DNA of 64,000 nucleotides from Bacteroidales bacterium (GTDB lineage: Bacteria; Bacteroidota; Bacteroidia; Bacteroidales; WCHB1-69). How positions within the stretch are numbered: the first letter of the stretch is position 1; every line of letters starts with the position of its first letter. Of the stretch, positions 21,510 to 31,007 are shown in pieces. The DNA lies in the NCBI GenBank assembly GCA_017613015.1, contig JAGAEQ010000073.1:109-64108 (forward strand), read 5' to 3'. The position numbers and the translations under genes were made by a program. The notes under the pieces were generated by a model that worked only from the letters and a program-made list of their open reading frames with translations, did not search any database and was not told the origin of the DNA.

Positions 21510-22496
21510 ATGCGGAGACTGTTGCTGGTTTTCATCGGGTTTCTTTTCATAGGCAGTCCTTTATACGGGCAGCGGCGGGAGACTTTCCGCGCCTTTGAGG
21601 ATTCCATCACGCACCTGCACCGCGAAATTCTCAACGAGCGGAACGCCACGCTGCGCTACCAGAAAAACGAGCAGCTGCTCAAACTTTTCGAGGAGGCGCT
21701 CAAGCTGCGCAACTCCATCAACTACGGTTTCGACTCCGTCCGCACCATTTCCATACTGACCTCGCCGGACAAAAAGGTCCGCATCATCACCTGGTTCCTG
21801 ATTGACGACAACGGCACGCACGACCATTTCGGCTTTTTGCAGGCCTACAACAGCGATAAAGGGAAATACGTGGTGTATCCGCTGACGGACTGCTGGACCA
21901 AAATCACCAACCCCACCACCCAGGTGCTGAACCCCTCCGTGTGGTTCGGGGCGCTGTACACCCAAATCATACAGACCAAGGACGATGACAAGACCTATTA
22001 CACCCTGCTCGGCTGGAACGGGGGCAATCTTTTCTCGCAGTTCCGCGTGATTGAAGTGCTGAGCCTCACCCACAACAAGCCGGTGTTCGGCGCGACCATT
22101 TTCCGCAACTACGCCAAGCGGACCACGAGGGTACTGTTCGAGTTCGCCCCGGTCGGACGCATGAACCTTTCCTACGAGAAACAGTCTGTCGCACAGCGGG
22201 TGGAGAAAAAGAAGAAAAAAAAGAAAAAGAAGGACGCCGTGGGATTAGACACCCTGCAGGTGCAGATGATCATTTTCGACCGCCTTATCCCGATGGACGA
22301 GCATTTGCAGAGGCTGCCGCAGTACTACGTGGGCGAATCCAGCCTGAACGACGCCTTTATCCAACAGAACGGGAAATGGCACTTCCGCCCCGATGTCATC
22401 GGACGCAATCCGGATAAGGAACTGCCTGTTTATGAACGCAAACAGCAGCAGTTCTACAAACCGGCACGGAAACAATCCGCACCCAAACAGCCATGA
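21510..22496 (+). CDS. Hypothetical exported protein with an internal poly-lysine tract
   Basis: 328 aa from MRRLLLVFIGFLFIGSPLYGQ (signal peptide). It has a KKKKKKKKK tract, and its stop overlaps the next start (ATGA at 22493). Confidence 0.75.
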   Translation: MRRLLLVFIGFLFIGSPLYGQRRETFRAFEDSITHLHREILNERNATLRYQKNEQLLKLFEEALKLRNSINYGFDSVRTISILTSPDKKVRIITWFLIDDNGTHDHFGFLQAYNSDKGKYVVYPLTDCWTKITNPTTQVLNPSVWFGALYTQIIQTKDDDKTYYTLLGWNGGNLFSQFRVIEVLSLTHNKPVFGATIFRNYAKRTTRVLFEFAPVGRMNLSYEKQSVAQRVEKKKKKKKKKDAVGLDTLQVQMIIFDRLIPMDEHLQRLPQYYVGESSLNDAFIQQNGKWHFRPDVIGRNPDKELPVYERKQQQFYKPARKQSAPKQP

Positions 22497-24436
22497 ACCG
22501 CTACGGACGCATACTGACAGGCACCGCTGTCAAAATCGGCGCGCTTATCTTGTTTTACAGCTTGTTGCGTTTTATTTTCTACCGCTACAACCTCTCCCAT
22601 TTCCCCGAAGCGAAACTGCTGCACTTTGTGGGAGGCCTCCGTTTCGACCTCTCCGCCATCGCCTATCTGAACCTGCCCTGGATTGCGATAGCCCTGCTGC
22701 CCTTCCCTTTTTTCCAACGGAAAGGCTGGCAGCTCGGCAGTGACATTTATTATATAGCGGCCAACAGCACGGCCCTGCTCGCCAACTGCATCGACATCGG
22801 CTATTTCCCCTATGTGTCCAAGCGGCTGACGGCGGACATTTTCAGCTACCTCCGCCATGCGCAATTCGACACGGGGGCGCTGCTGCCCGTTTTCCTGCGC
22901 CAGTTTCTTTGGATGCTTCCCCTGCTGGCGCTCTTCATCGCCCTGATGGTGTGGCTGTGCCGGAAAAGCCGCCGCTACGCGGGAAAAGCCAATCCGGAAA
23001 CGAGGCGCGGCCTTTCAAAAATCCTTTTGCATTCAGGGAGTTACGTTGCGGTTTTATTCCTCGCGCTGACGCTGATGCGGGGCGGATGGCAGTTGCGTCC
23101 GCTGAGCTTGGTCAGTGCGGGCGACTACGCCACGCCCCAATACATGCCCTTGGTGCTGAACAGTCCTTTCACCCTTTTGCGCACCATCGGCAAGGAAAGC
23201 ATTCCGGAATTCGGCTATTTTCCCACACTCGCCGACGCGGAACGGATCTACAATCCGCTGCACATCGCCTACGCCGCGCCGGACATCGCACATCCGCCGG
23301 TCAAGAACGTGGTGCTGATTGTGCTGGAAGGCATTTCGCAGGAGCTGTTCGCCTTCTACCACCCCCAACAGCCTGGCTATCCGAAATATTGTCCTTTCTT
23401 GGACAGCTTGGCCTCCCGCTCCTGGGCCTTCAACGGCATCGCCAACGGGAGGCGCACCATGGAGGGTATACCCGCCATTGTCTGCGGCATCCCCACGCTG
23501 ATGGAACACGCCTACATTGAAACGCCTTTCGTGCAGAACCGCCTGCGCAGTCCGGTGGAGATGCTGCGCCGCAAGGGTTTCCACACCTGCTTTTTCCACG
23601 GGGCGGAAAACGGCAGCATGAATTTCGAGAGTTTCTGCCACGCCATCGGCTACGAAGCCTATTTCGACCTGAACGAATACCCGCATCCGGAGGACTATGA
23701 CGGCAGCTGGGGCATTCCGGACCGCAGTTTCCTGCATTTCATGGCGGAGCGGCTGCACACCATGCCGCAGCCTTTTTTCGCCACGGTCATGACGCTCAGC
23801 TCCCACCATCCTTTCCGGGTGCCTAAAGACGCGGGGGGCAGGACTTTTCCACAAGGGACGCATCCCATGCACACCGTCAGCGCCTACACCGATTTCGCCT
23901 TGCAGGAGTTTTTCCTCCAACTTTCCCGGGAAAGCTGGTACGACAGCACCCTTTTCATCATCACCGCCGACCACGCCTACGAGGGAAGCGACGCCTTCAC
24001 CCAGAACCCTTACGGCAATTACCTCATACCCCTATTGTTCTACCATCCGGCGGCGGACACCGCCTTTTTCCGGACGGACTTCATGCAGCAGACCGACCTG
24101 ATGCCGAGCCTGTTCGCCTACCTATCCCTTCAGGACACCCTGCTCTGTTTCGGGCAGAATGTGTTTGAGCGCGGCCATGTCCCCACCGCCGTCAATTACC
24201 TTTCCGGGGTGTACCAGCTGTTCCACCGCCGCAACCTGCTACAGTACGACGGGAAGAAAGTGGTCGGATTCTATCCCTTGGAGGGGAACGAACGACTCAC
24301 CAACGACCGCAAGAACGAAAACAGTCCGGAGCAACGCGAGGCGCTGCTATGCCTGCAAGCCATACTGCAATCCTACAGCCACCGCATGCGGAACAACGCG
24401 CTCACCGCCCCATCCACCCAAACCGCCAATCCATGA
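22493..24436 (+). CDS. LTA synthase family protein (membrane-anchored sulfatase/phosphoglycerol-transferase-like)
   Basis: The N-terminus has multiple TM helices. The extracytoplasmic alkaline-phosphatase-superfamily domain carries VVLIVLEGIS, SSHHPF and IITADH. Confidence 0.85.
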   Translation: MNRYGRILTGTAVKIGALILFYSLLRFIFYRYNLSHFPEAKLLHFVGGLRFDLSAIAYLNLPWIAIALLPFPFFQRKGWQLGSDIYYIAANSTALLANCIDIGYFPYVSKRLTADIFSYLRHAQFDTGALLPVFLRQFLWMLPLLALFIALMVWLCRKSRRYAGKANPETRRGLSKILLHSGSYVAVLFLALTLMRGGWQLRPLSLVSAGDYATPQYMPLVLNSPFTLLRTIGKESIPEFGYFPTLADAERIYNPLHIAYAAPDIAHPPVKNVVLIVLEGISQELFAFYHPQQPGYPKYCPFLDSLASRSWAFNGIANGRRTMEGIPAIVCGIPTLMEHAYIETPFVQNRLRSPVEMLRRKGFHTCFFHGAENGSMNFESFCHAIGYEAYFDLNEYPHPEDYDGSWGIPDRSFLHFMAERLHTMPQPFFATVMTLSSHHPFRVPKDAGGRTFPQGTHPMHTVSAYTDFALQEFFLQLSRESWYDSTLFIITADHAYEGSDAFTQNPYGNYLIPLLFYHPAADTAFFRTDFMQQTDLMPSLFAYLSLQDTLLCFGQNVFERGHVPTAVNYLSGVYQLFHRRNLLQYDGKKVVGFYPLEGNERLTNDRKNENSPEQREALLCLQAILQSYSHRMRNNALTAPSTQTANP

Positions 24437-26244
24437 CACCCGAAGAACGCCGGCATTTTCTGAAAAATCTTCCGGAAAAAAGCGGAGTGTACCGCTATTA
24501 CAACGAAGAGGGGCAAATCATCTACGTGGGCAAGGCCAAAAACCTCAAACGCCGCGTCAGCTCCTACTTCAACAAGGAGCAGGACAGCCCCAAGACCCGG
24601 GTGTTGGTCAGCAAAATCCACGACATACGCTTCACACTCACCGACAGCGAGTACGATGCTTTACTCTTGGAAAACAACCTGATAAAAAAGCACCAGCCGC
24701 GCTACAACATCCTGCTCAAGGACGACAAGACCTATCCGTGGATTTGCGTCAAAAACGAAGCCTTCCCCCGCATTTTTTCTACCCGGAAACGGCTGAACGA
24801 CGGTTCCCGCTACTTCGGACCCTATTCCTCGGTCAAAACCATGAACCTGCTGTTGGAGATTCTGCGCGACCTCTACCCTTTCCGCACCTGCAAGCTGCTA
24901 CTGACCCAAGAGAACATCGCCAAAGACAAATTCCGGGTCTGTTTGGACTACCACAGCAAAAAATGCAAAGCACCCTGCAAGGGATGGCAGGACGAGCAGG
25001 AGTACCTTGAAAACATCCGCCAGGCGGTCCGCATCATCGAAGGGGACACGCGCTCGGTGCTGAAGGAGATGCGCGGGACCATGATGCGCCACGCGGAGAA
25101 CTGGGAGTTTGAGAAAGCGCAGGAAATGAAGCTCCGCATAGAAACTTTAGAACACTACCAGGCCAAATCCACTGTGGTCAATCCCGACATCCACGACACC
25201 GACGTGTTCGGCTACGCAGAAGACGGCGACGCCGCCTACATCAGCTATTTCAAGGTGATGAACGGCGCCATCATCCAGACCCAGAACATGGAAGTGCGCA
25301 AACGCCTCGAAGAAAGCAAGGAGGACGTGCTGCTGCTGGCCGTGGTGGAGCTGCGCACCCGCGCGGACGATCACACCAAGGAAATCCTGCTGCCCTTTGC
25401 CGTGGACACAAAGCTCAAAGACAGCCGGATAACGGTTCCCAAAGCCGGAGACAAGCACCAGCTGCTGCAACTGGCCCAACGCAACGCCGCCGCTTTCATG
25501 CAGGACGTGCGCAACCAACGGGAGCTGCTGGAAGGGAGCCGCCCGAGCGACCGCCTCATGCAGCAAATGCAGAAGGACCTGCTGCTGCCCAAGGAACCCG
25601 CCTATATCGAATGCTTCGACAACTCCAACCTGCTGGGGCAGTATGCCGTAGGCGCCATGGTCTGTTTCCGCAACGGCAAGCCCTCCAAGAAGGACTACCG
25701 GATTTTCAACATCAAGACCGTGCACCAGGCCGACGATTTCGCCACCATGAAGGAAGTGCTCACCCGCCGCTACAGCCGCCTGCTCAGCGAGGAAAAGCCC
25801 CTGCCTGACCTGATTCTGGTGGACGGGGGCAAGGGGCAGATTTCCGCTGCCTTGGAAGCCTTGGAGGCCTTGGGCATCGCCGACAAGGTCAGTCTGTTGG
25901 GACTGGCGGAACGCTTGGAGGACATCTACCGTCCGCACGACCCGGTGCCGCTTTACGTGGACAAAAAATCGGAAACGCAACGGGTGTTGCAGCACCTCCG
26001 CGATGAGGCGCACCGCTTCGGCATTACCCGCTACCGCAAGCTGCACGGCAAAGGCTTAGTGCAGACCGAACTGACGGTCATCCAAGGCATCGGAAAGGAA
26101 ACCGCCGACAAGCTGCTGCGCACCTTCCATTCGGTCAACGGAGTGAAAAAGGCGGAGCTGCCCGAATTGGAAAAAGCCATCGGCCCCGCCAAAGGCAAAA
26201 CCGTGTGGCAGTATTTCCACGCCGCCGACAACATGGCGGAATAG
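24433..26244 (+). CDS. uvrC: Excinuclease ABC subunit C
   Basis: 603 aa from MTPEERRHF. It has a GIY-YIG domain (GVYRYYNEEGQIIYVGKAKNLKRRVSSYF), a UVR domain and C-terminal HhH. The ATGA overlap with the upstream gene is at 24433-24436. Confidence 0.97.
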   Translation: MTPEERRHFLKNLPEKSGVYRYYNEEGQIIYVGKAKNLKRRVSSYFNKEQDSPKTRVLVSKIHDIRFTLTDSEYDALLLENNLIKKHQPRYNILLKDDKTYPWICVKNEAFPRIFSTRKRLNDGSRYFGPYSSVKTMNLLLEILRDLYPFRTCKLLLTQENIAKDKFRVCLDYHSKKCKAPCKGWQDEQEYLENIRQAVRIIEGDTRSVLKEMRGTMMRHAENWEFEKAQEMKLRIETLEHYQAKSTVVNPDIHDTDVFGYAEDGDAAYISYFKVMNGAIIQTQNMEVRKRLEESKEDVLLLAVVELRTRADDHTKEILLPFAVDTKLKDSRITVPKAGDKHQLLQLAQRNAAAFMQDVRNQRELLEGSRPSDRLMQQMQKDLLLPKEPAYIECFDNSNLLGQYAVGAMVCFRNGKPSKKDYRIFNIKTVHQADDFATMKEVLTRRYSRLLSEEKPLPDLILVDGGKGQISAALEALEALGIADKVSLLGLAERLEDIYRPHDPVPLYVDKKSETQRVLQHLRDEAHRFGITRYRKLHGKGLVQTELTVIQGIGKETADKLLRTFHSVNGVKKAELPELEKAIGPAKGKTVWQYFHAADNMAE

Positions 26245-26321
26245 GGACGCACCGCGTGCGTCCAAAAAAAATCGCAGGCAGCCGCAGGCAATAAACCACC
26301 GTTTCCTGCGTTAAAAGCGGT

Positions 26322-27272
26322 ATGGAAAAAACGGGAAACGGAGTGGTGGTGAAATCCACGGGAAATGCGTACACCGTCCGGACAGGGGACGGCAGCCTGA
26401 CGCTGTGCAAGCTGCGGGGACAGTTCCGGCTGCGCGGCATCAAAAGCACCAATCCCATCGCGGTGGGCGACCGCGTGCGTTTCCGCATGGAAGCCGGGCA
26501 GGACTGCGGCAGCATTGTGGAAATCGAGGAGCGCCGCAACTGCATCACCCGCAAATCCATCAACCTGTCGAAAATCACCCACGTGCTGGCCGCCAACATT
26601 GACAGCCTTTTTTTAGTGGTCAGCGTGTGCAAGCCGCGCACGCCCCTGGGCTTCATCGACCGTTTTCTGACCGCCGCCGAATCCTTCCGCATTGAAAGCA
26701 TCCTGGTTTTCAACAAAACAGACCTGTACACGGAAGCGGACAGGCAGGAAATGGAACGCCTGCGGAAACTGTACGAGGAAATTGGCTACCGTTGCCTTGC
26801 CGTCTCCGCCACCGAAGGCAGCGGCACGGAAGAACTGAAAGCCTGCATGAAAGGGAAAGTTTCGCTGATGGGCGGACAGTCCGGCGTGGGCAAATCCACC
26901 CTCATCAACGCCATCAGCCCCGGACTGAACCTGAAAACCAGCCCCATTTCAGACAGTTACGAAAAGGGGAAGCACACCACCACCTTTGCGGAAATGTTCC
27001 CCCTGGCCTTCGGCGGCGACATCATCGACACCCCCGGCATCAAGGAGTTCGGACTCATACGGTACGAAAAAGAGGAAGTAGGGCATTATTTCCCTGAAAT
27101 ACTGTCCCGTATGGAGCAATGCCGTTTCCGCAACTGCACCCACACCCACGAGCCGGGCTGCGCCGTGAAAGCGGCGGCGGAAGCCGGAGAAATCGCCGCG
27201 TCGCGCTACCTCAACTACCTTTCCATTGTGGAAAACGAGGACATGAACCTGAAAGAATGGATGCTTGAATAA
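26322..27272 (+). CDS. rsgA: Ribosome small-subunit-dependent GTPase A
   Basis: Has a circularly permuted GTPase (NKTDL ... GQSGVGKSTLIN ... DTPG) and the Zn motif CRFRNCTHTHEPGC. Confidence 0.93.
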   Translation: MEKTGNGVVVKSTGNAYTVRTGDGSLTLCKLRGQFRLRGIKSTNPIAVGDRVRFRMEAGQDCGSIVEIEERRNCITRKSINLSKITHVLAANIDSLFLVVSVCKPRTPLGFIDRFLTAAESFRIESILVFNKTDLYTEADRQEMERLRKLYEEIGYRCLAVSATEGSGTEELKACMKGKVSLMGGQSGVGKSTLINAISPGLNLKTSPISDSYEKGKHTTTFAEMFPLAFGGDIIDTPGIKEFGLIRYEKEEVGHYFPEILSRMEQCRFRNCTHTHEPGCAVKAAAEAGEIAASRYLNYLSIVENEDMNLKEWMLE

Positions 27273-27281
27273 CCCACCGCC

Positions 27282-28097
27282 ATGAAAGGAACCCCTAACG
27301 CGAAAATCAACCTCGGCCTTTACGTCACGGAAAAACGTCCGGACGGCTACCACAACATAGAGACCATTTTCCTGCCCATCCCGCTCTGCGACGAGTTAGA
27401 GATGGAACCCGCCGCCGCCTTTGTCTTCACACAGGACGGCATCCTTTTGGACGGAGGCGCGGAGGACAACCTCTGTGTGAAGGCCTACCGCCTGCTGCGG
27501 CAAGACTTCCCCGAAATCGGGGAAGTGCAGATGCGGCTGCACAAGCGCATCCCCTTCGGGGCTGGCTTGGGCGGCGGCTCCGCCGACGCCGCGGCAACGC
27601 TGCAATTGCTGAACAGCCTTTTCAGTTTGCAGCTCAGCGTCAAGCAATTGCAGCGTTACGCCAGCCGCATCGGCAGCGACTGCGCCGTATTCATTGAAAA
27701 CGTCCCGGCTTTCGCCACCGGGCGCGGCGAAGTGCTGCACCCCCTGCCGGAGCTGCATTTTCACGACTACGACCTGCTGCTGCTAAAACCGGACGACAAG
27801 GTTTCCACGGCGGAAGCCTACCGCAACATCACGCCCCGTCCGGCGCCGTCGGATTTGCGCCAAGCGGCGCTCCGGCCCATATCGGAGTGGAAAGGCCTGA
27901 TAGCAAACCAGTTTGAGGAAAGCGTCTTCCCCGCCCACCCCCGCATCCGGGAATGCAAGGAATGGCTTTACGCCCAAGGCGCAAGCTACGCCTCCATGAG
28001 TGGCAGCGGCTCCTGCGTGTACGGATTCTTCCCCAAGGGAAAAGTTTCAAACCTTCCTGAAAACAAAAACGTTACCAGCTATTTACTGGCTTTGTAG
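27282..28097 (+). CDS. ispE: 4-(cytidine 5'-diphospho)-2-C-methyl-D-erythritol kinase
   Basis: KINLGLYVTEKRPDGYHNIETIF plus the GHMP kinase motif PFGAGLGGGSADAAA. Confidence 0.9.
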   Translation: MKGTPNAKINLGLYVTEKRPDGYHNIETIFLPIPLCDELEMEPAAAFVFTQDGILLDGGAEDNLCVKAYRLLRQDFPEIGEVQMRLHKRIPFGAGLGGGSADAAATLQLLNSLFSLQLSVKQLQRYASRIGSDCAVFIENVPAFATGRGEVLHPLPELHFHDYDLLLLKPDDKVSTAEAYRNITPRPAPSDLRQAALRPISEWKGLIANQFEESVFPAHPRIRECKEWLYAQGASYASMSGSGSCVYGFFPKGKVSNLPENKNVTSYLLAL

Positions 28098-29341
28098 ACC
28101 GCTTTCTCCAAGGCCTCCCTCACCGAAGGATGGGCGATGGAAATCAGCAGCCGGGCTCTTTCCTGCAAACTTTTTCCGAACAGGTTCACCGCCCCGTATT
28201 CTGTCACCACCCAATGCGTCTGCGAGCGCGGGGTCACCACCCCGGCCCCTTCGGTCAGCATGGGGACGATTTTGCTCACGCCCCGGCCCGTCAGGGAAGG
28301 CATGGCGATGATCGGCACCCCGCCTTCCGACCAGGCGGCACCCAGCATGAAATCCAGCTGTCCGCCCGTGCCGGAGTAAATCTTCGGGCCTATGCTGTCG
28401 GCACAGACCTGCCCGCCCAAATCCACCTGCAAGGCCGAATTGACGGCAACCACCTTGGGGTTCTGCGCAATCACCCGAGGATTGTTGGTGTAGCCCACAT
28501 CCATCATCCGCACATCGGGATTGCGATGGACAAAATCATACAAGGCCTTGCTTCCTTTCAAAAAAGTGGCCACCGCCTTGCCCGGATCCGTCTTTTTGCG
28601 CGAGCCGTTGATTACCCCCTTCTCCATCAAAGGAATGGCACCGTCGGAAAACATTTCGGAGTGTATGCCCAAATCCCGGTGGTTTCCCAGTTGGGCCAGC
28701 ACCGCGTTGGGAATGTTGCCGATACCGATTTGCAGCGTGGCACCGTCCTCCACCAAGGCCGCGACCTGCCTGCCAATGGCCACATCCGTCTCTGACAAGG
28801 GCTGGAAACCGGCCGCGTGCAAAGGCTCGTCGTGCTCCACCATGCAGGTGAGCCGCTCCATGGGAATGCGGGCGTCGCCGTAGCAGTACGGCATGCTGCG
28901 GTTGATCTGCGCAATGACGTAATCCGCCCCTTCCATGGCGGCCAAAGTGCAGTCCACGGAAGTGCCTAAAGAAACATAGCCTTCTTCGTCCGGGGGCGAC
29001 ACCATGAGCAGCACGCCGTTTGCCCGCAGCCTGCCCTGGCGGAACAGGCGGGAAGTGTCGCTCAGGGAGCAGGGAATGTAATCCGCATGGCCCGCCTGGG
29101 TGCTTTTCCGCACATTCTCCCCGACAAAAAAGGAATGCAGGCGGAAAATGCCTTCAAACTCCGGAAGGGCGTAATCTGCATAACCTTCCGTATACAAATG
29201 GGTGATGGTGACGTCGCGCAGTCCGCCGCGCCTCGCCCTTTCCGTCAGGGCACGCACCAGATGCTCCGGCACCGCGGCCACGCAAGGCCAGTGCAGGCAG
29301 TCCCCGGATTTCACCATACGCACCGCCTCTTCCGCCGTCAT
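28079..29341 (-). CDS. Acetyl-CoA hydrolase/transferase family protein (4-hydroxybutyrate/butyryl-CoA:acetate CoA-transferase-like)
   Basis: 420 aa from MTAEEAVRMVKSGD. Family-typical segments are GIGNIPNAVL, EMFSDG and GSGGQLDF. The ATGA overlap with the upstream small ORF is at 29338-29341. Confidence 0.9.
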   Translation of the reverse strand: MTAEEAVRMVKSGDCLHWPCVAAVPEHLVRALTERARRGGLRDVTITHLYTEGYADYALPEFEGIFRLHSFFVGENVRKSTQAGHADYIPCSLSDTSRLFRQGRLRANGVLLMVSPPDEEGYVSLGTSVDCTLAAMEGADYVIAQINRSMPYCYGDARIPMERLTCMVEHDEPLHAAGFQPLSETDVAIGRQVAALVEDGATLQIGIGNIPNAVLAQLGNHRDLGIHSEMFSDGAIPLMEKGVINGSRKKTDPGKAVATFLKGSKALYDFVHRNPDVRMMDVGYTNNPRVIAQNPKVVAVNSALQVDLGGQVCADSIGPKIYSGTGGQLDFMLGAAWSEGGVPIIAMPSLTGRGVSKIVPMLTEGAGVVTPRSQTHWVVTEYGAVNLFGKSLQERARLLISIAHPSVREALEKAVYKASK

Positions 29342-29610
29342 GACCGGCGGCCTGTTTCGCTTGCTTGTATCCATTGTGCTATCGCTTCCGTCCGCAGACG
29401 GTATTTTTCCACTTGCTGTTCCACAAAATCCTCGCTGTATTTGGCTTCGCAGAAGCCGTTCCCCCGCGCCACGTAATCGGCGTCGTCCAGACAGGAGCGC
29501 AGCTCCTCGTAGTTTTTAAGGTATTCCCGCTGTTGCGCCAGCAGCTGCCGCAGCTCCGCGCCATCCGCCTGTACCGTCTCCCCGTCGGGATAAACATATC
29601 GCTTTTTCAT
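29338..29610 (-). CDS. Small acidic hypothetical protein (90 aa), translationally coupled to the CoA-transferase
   Basis: Taken from the ATG at 29610 (MKKRYVYPDGETVQ...). Codon usage matches the window, and there is a 4-nt ATGA overlap with the next gene. No recognisable motif. Confidence 0.5.
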   Translation of the reverse strand: MKKRYVYPDGETVQADGAELRQLLAQQREYLKNYEELRSCLDDADYVARGNGFCEAKYSEDFVEQQVEKYRLRTEAIAQWIQASETGRRS

Positions 29611-29755
29611 GCCTGCAAAGGTCCGAAAAATCCCCAAACGAAGACCACCCCACGCCATAAAAATTTCCGCAGGACGGGAAACAGGGGAAATGCCTTTCTT
29701 CACGATTTTTTTGCGGCAAGCGGCGAACAATTCCATTTCCTATCGGAAAAATGCC

Positions 29756-29763
29756 TACTTTTG
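29756..29763 (+). promoter_or_regulatory. -7 promoter element TACTTTTG
   Basis: Exact consensus match, but about 250 nt upstream of the next plus-strand ATG (30013). See the sRNA/leader finding. Confidence 0.35.
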
Positions 29764-30012
29764 CATCCGGTTTTACGATAAAACCACGAAGCGTTATGCT
29801 CGTCTTGCAAATGGAAATGTAGGAAACTTCCATTAATTTTTTGTAAAGCAGGACAGGTGTGATGGTTCGCGCTTTTGGCGTGGGCTAATATATCGCCTCT
29901 CTTTACAAAGGTCTTTCCTACAACCTCCATTTGGGATGTGGTATATCAGTGCCACGCTTCTTTATTGTAATTGCTTCTGGGACACTGGGGAGCGGGACAA
30001 ACGTATAACAAC

Positions 30013-30990
30013 ATGAAAGTAAAATTCTGCTTGGCGGCACTGCTTTCGCTGCTCTTCCTTCCCACCAAAGCGCAAAACAACATCGCGGTTTTAGACTTCG
30101 AAGCCGGTGTCGGCATACTGCAAAGCGATGTGGACGGTCTCTACGCCATTTTCACCACCTACTTCACCCCGGAAGGCTATTCGATGATAGAGCGAGAACA
30201 AATCAACCGGGCCATCAAGGAGCAGCAGTTCCAGCAAAGTTCCTACACCAAAGAGCAAATCGCCGAAATGGGAAGGATACTGGGTGTCCACTATATCGTC
30301 ACCGGCAACATCAACATTGTGATGGGCCAATACAATATGGACGTGCGGGTGATACATACCGAAAGCGGCACCATCACCGCCAAAGCGGGACTGCGGTGGA
30401 AGAAAGGCACCTCCTACCGCCAACGGATGCGCAAGTTAGCCAAAAAACTGGCCAAGAAAATGCCTCCGACATCCATGGAAGTAGTGGTTGAAGCGCCCAA
30501 AGAGAAAAAAGAAATCCCGGAATACCGCCCTGTCGAGCCCTCGTTGCGTTTTAGCGTAGGTGCACCCACCTTTGCCTCTGTCGCATACAACTATCCGTTG
30601 AACTCGTCCTTTATGGTAGGCGGAGGAATTGGTTTTGGTGCTGCAGGAGTAAGAAAGCTCGACTATAACCACCATATAGCATACTACGACGCTTATAGCG
30701 GTTTTGGGGGGCCTCTGTATTTGGAAGCGGAAGTCCGCACGCCCCGCTATGCATGGTCACTGTTTCTTAACGCCAAACTGGGGTATATTATACACCCTTT
30801 TAATTTTAAGCCTTATTCTAGTTATGAGTATTCTCATTTGATGACAGCTATTACAGGAGGTGTGAGCTACCAAGACTTTCATTTGGGCCTAGGATGGGCG
30901 CATAACACGGCTTCCACGTTTGCCATTTCCCTTTCCTACAACCTGCCGCTCAAAAAAGCAACAGAAGCGGTCTCCTCCAAATTCTTTTAG
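30013..30990 (+). CDS. Outer-membrane protein: LpoB/CsgG-like N-terminal domain fused to a small beta-barrel
   Basis: 325 aa from MKVKFCLAALLSLLFLPTKAQ. NIAVLDFEA...MIEREQINRAIKEQ...YIVTGNI matches the LpoB/CsgG/FlgO-type fold. The C-terminal ~140 aa is Gly/aromatic-rich with alternating hydrophobic residues and ends in ...KFF, as in OMP beta-barrels. Confidence 0.7.
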   Translation: MKVKFCLAALLSLLFLPTKAQNNIAVLDFEAGVGILQSDVDGLYAIFTTYFTPEGYSMIEREQINRAIKEQQFQQSSYTKEQIAEMGRILGVHYIVTGNINIVMGQYNMDVRVIHTESGTITAKAGLRWKKGTSYRQRMRKLAKKLAKKMPPTSMEVVVEAPKEKKEIPEYRPVEPSLRFSVGAPTFASVAYNYPLNSSFMVGGGIGFGAAGVRKLDYNHHIAYYDAYSGFGGPLYLEAEVRTPRYAWSLFLNAKLGYIIHPFNFKPYSSYEYSHLMTAITGGVSYQDFHLGLGWAHNTASTFAISLSYNLPLKKATEAVSSKFF

Positions 30991-31007
30991 AAAAAAGAAA
31001 ACGCCCC

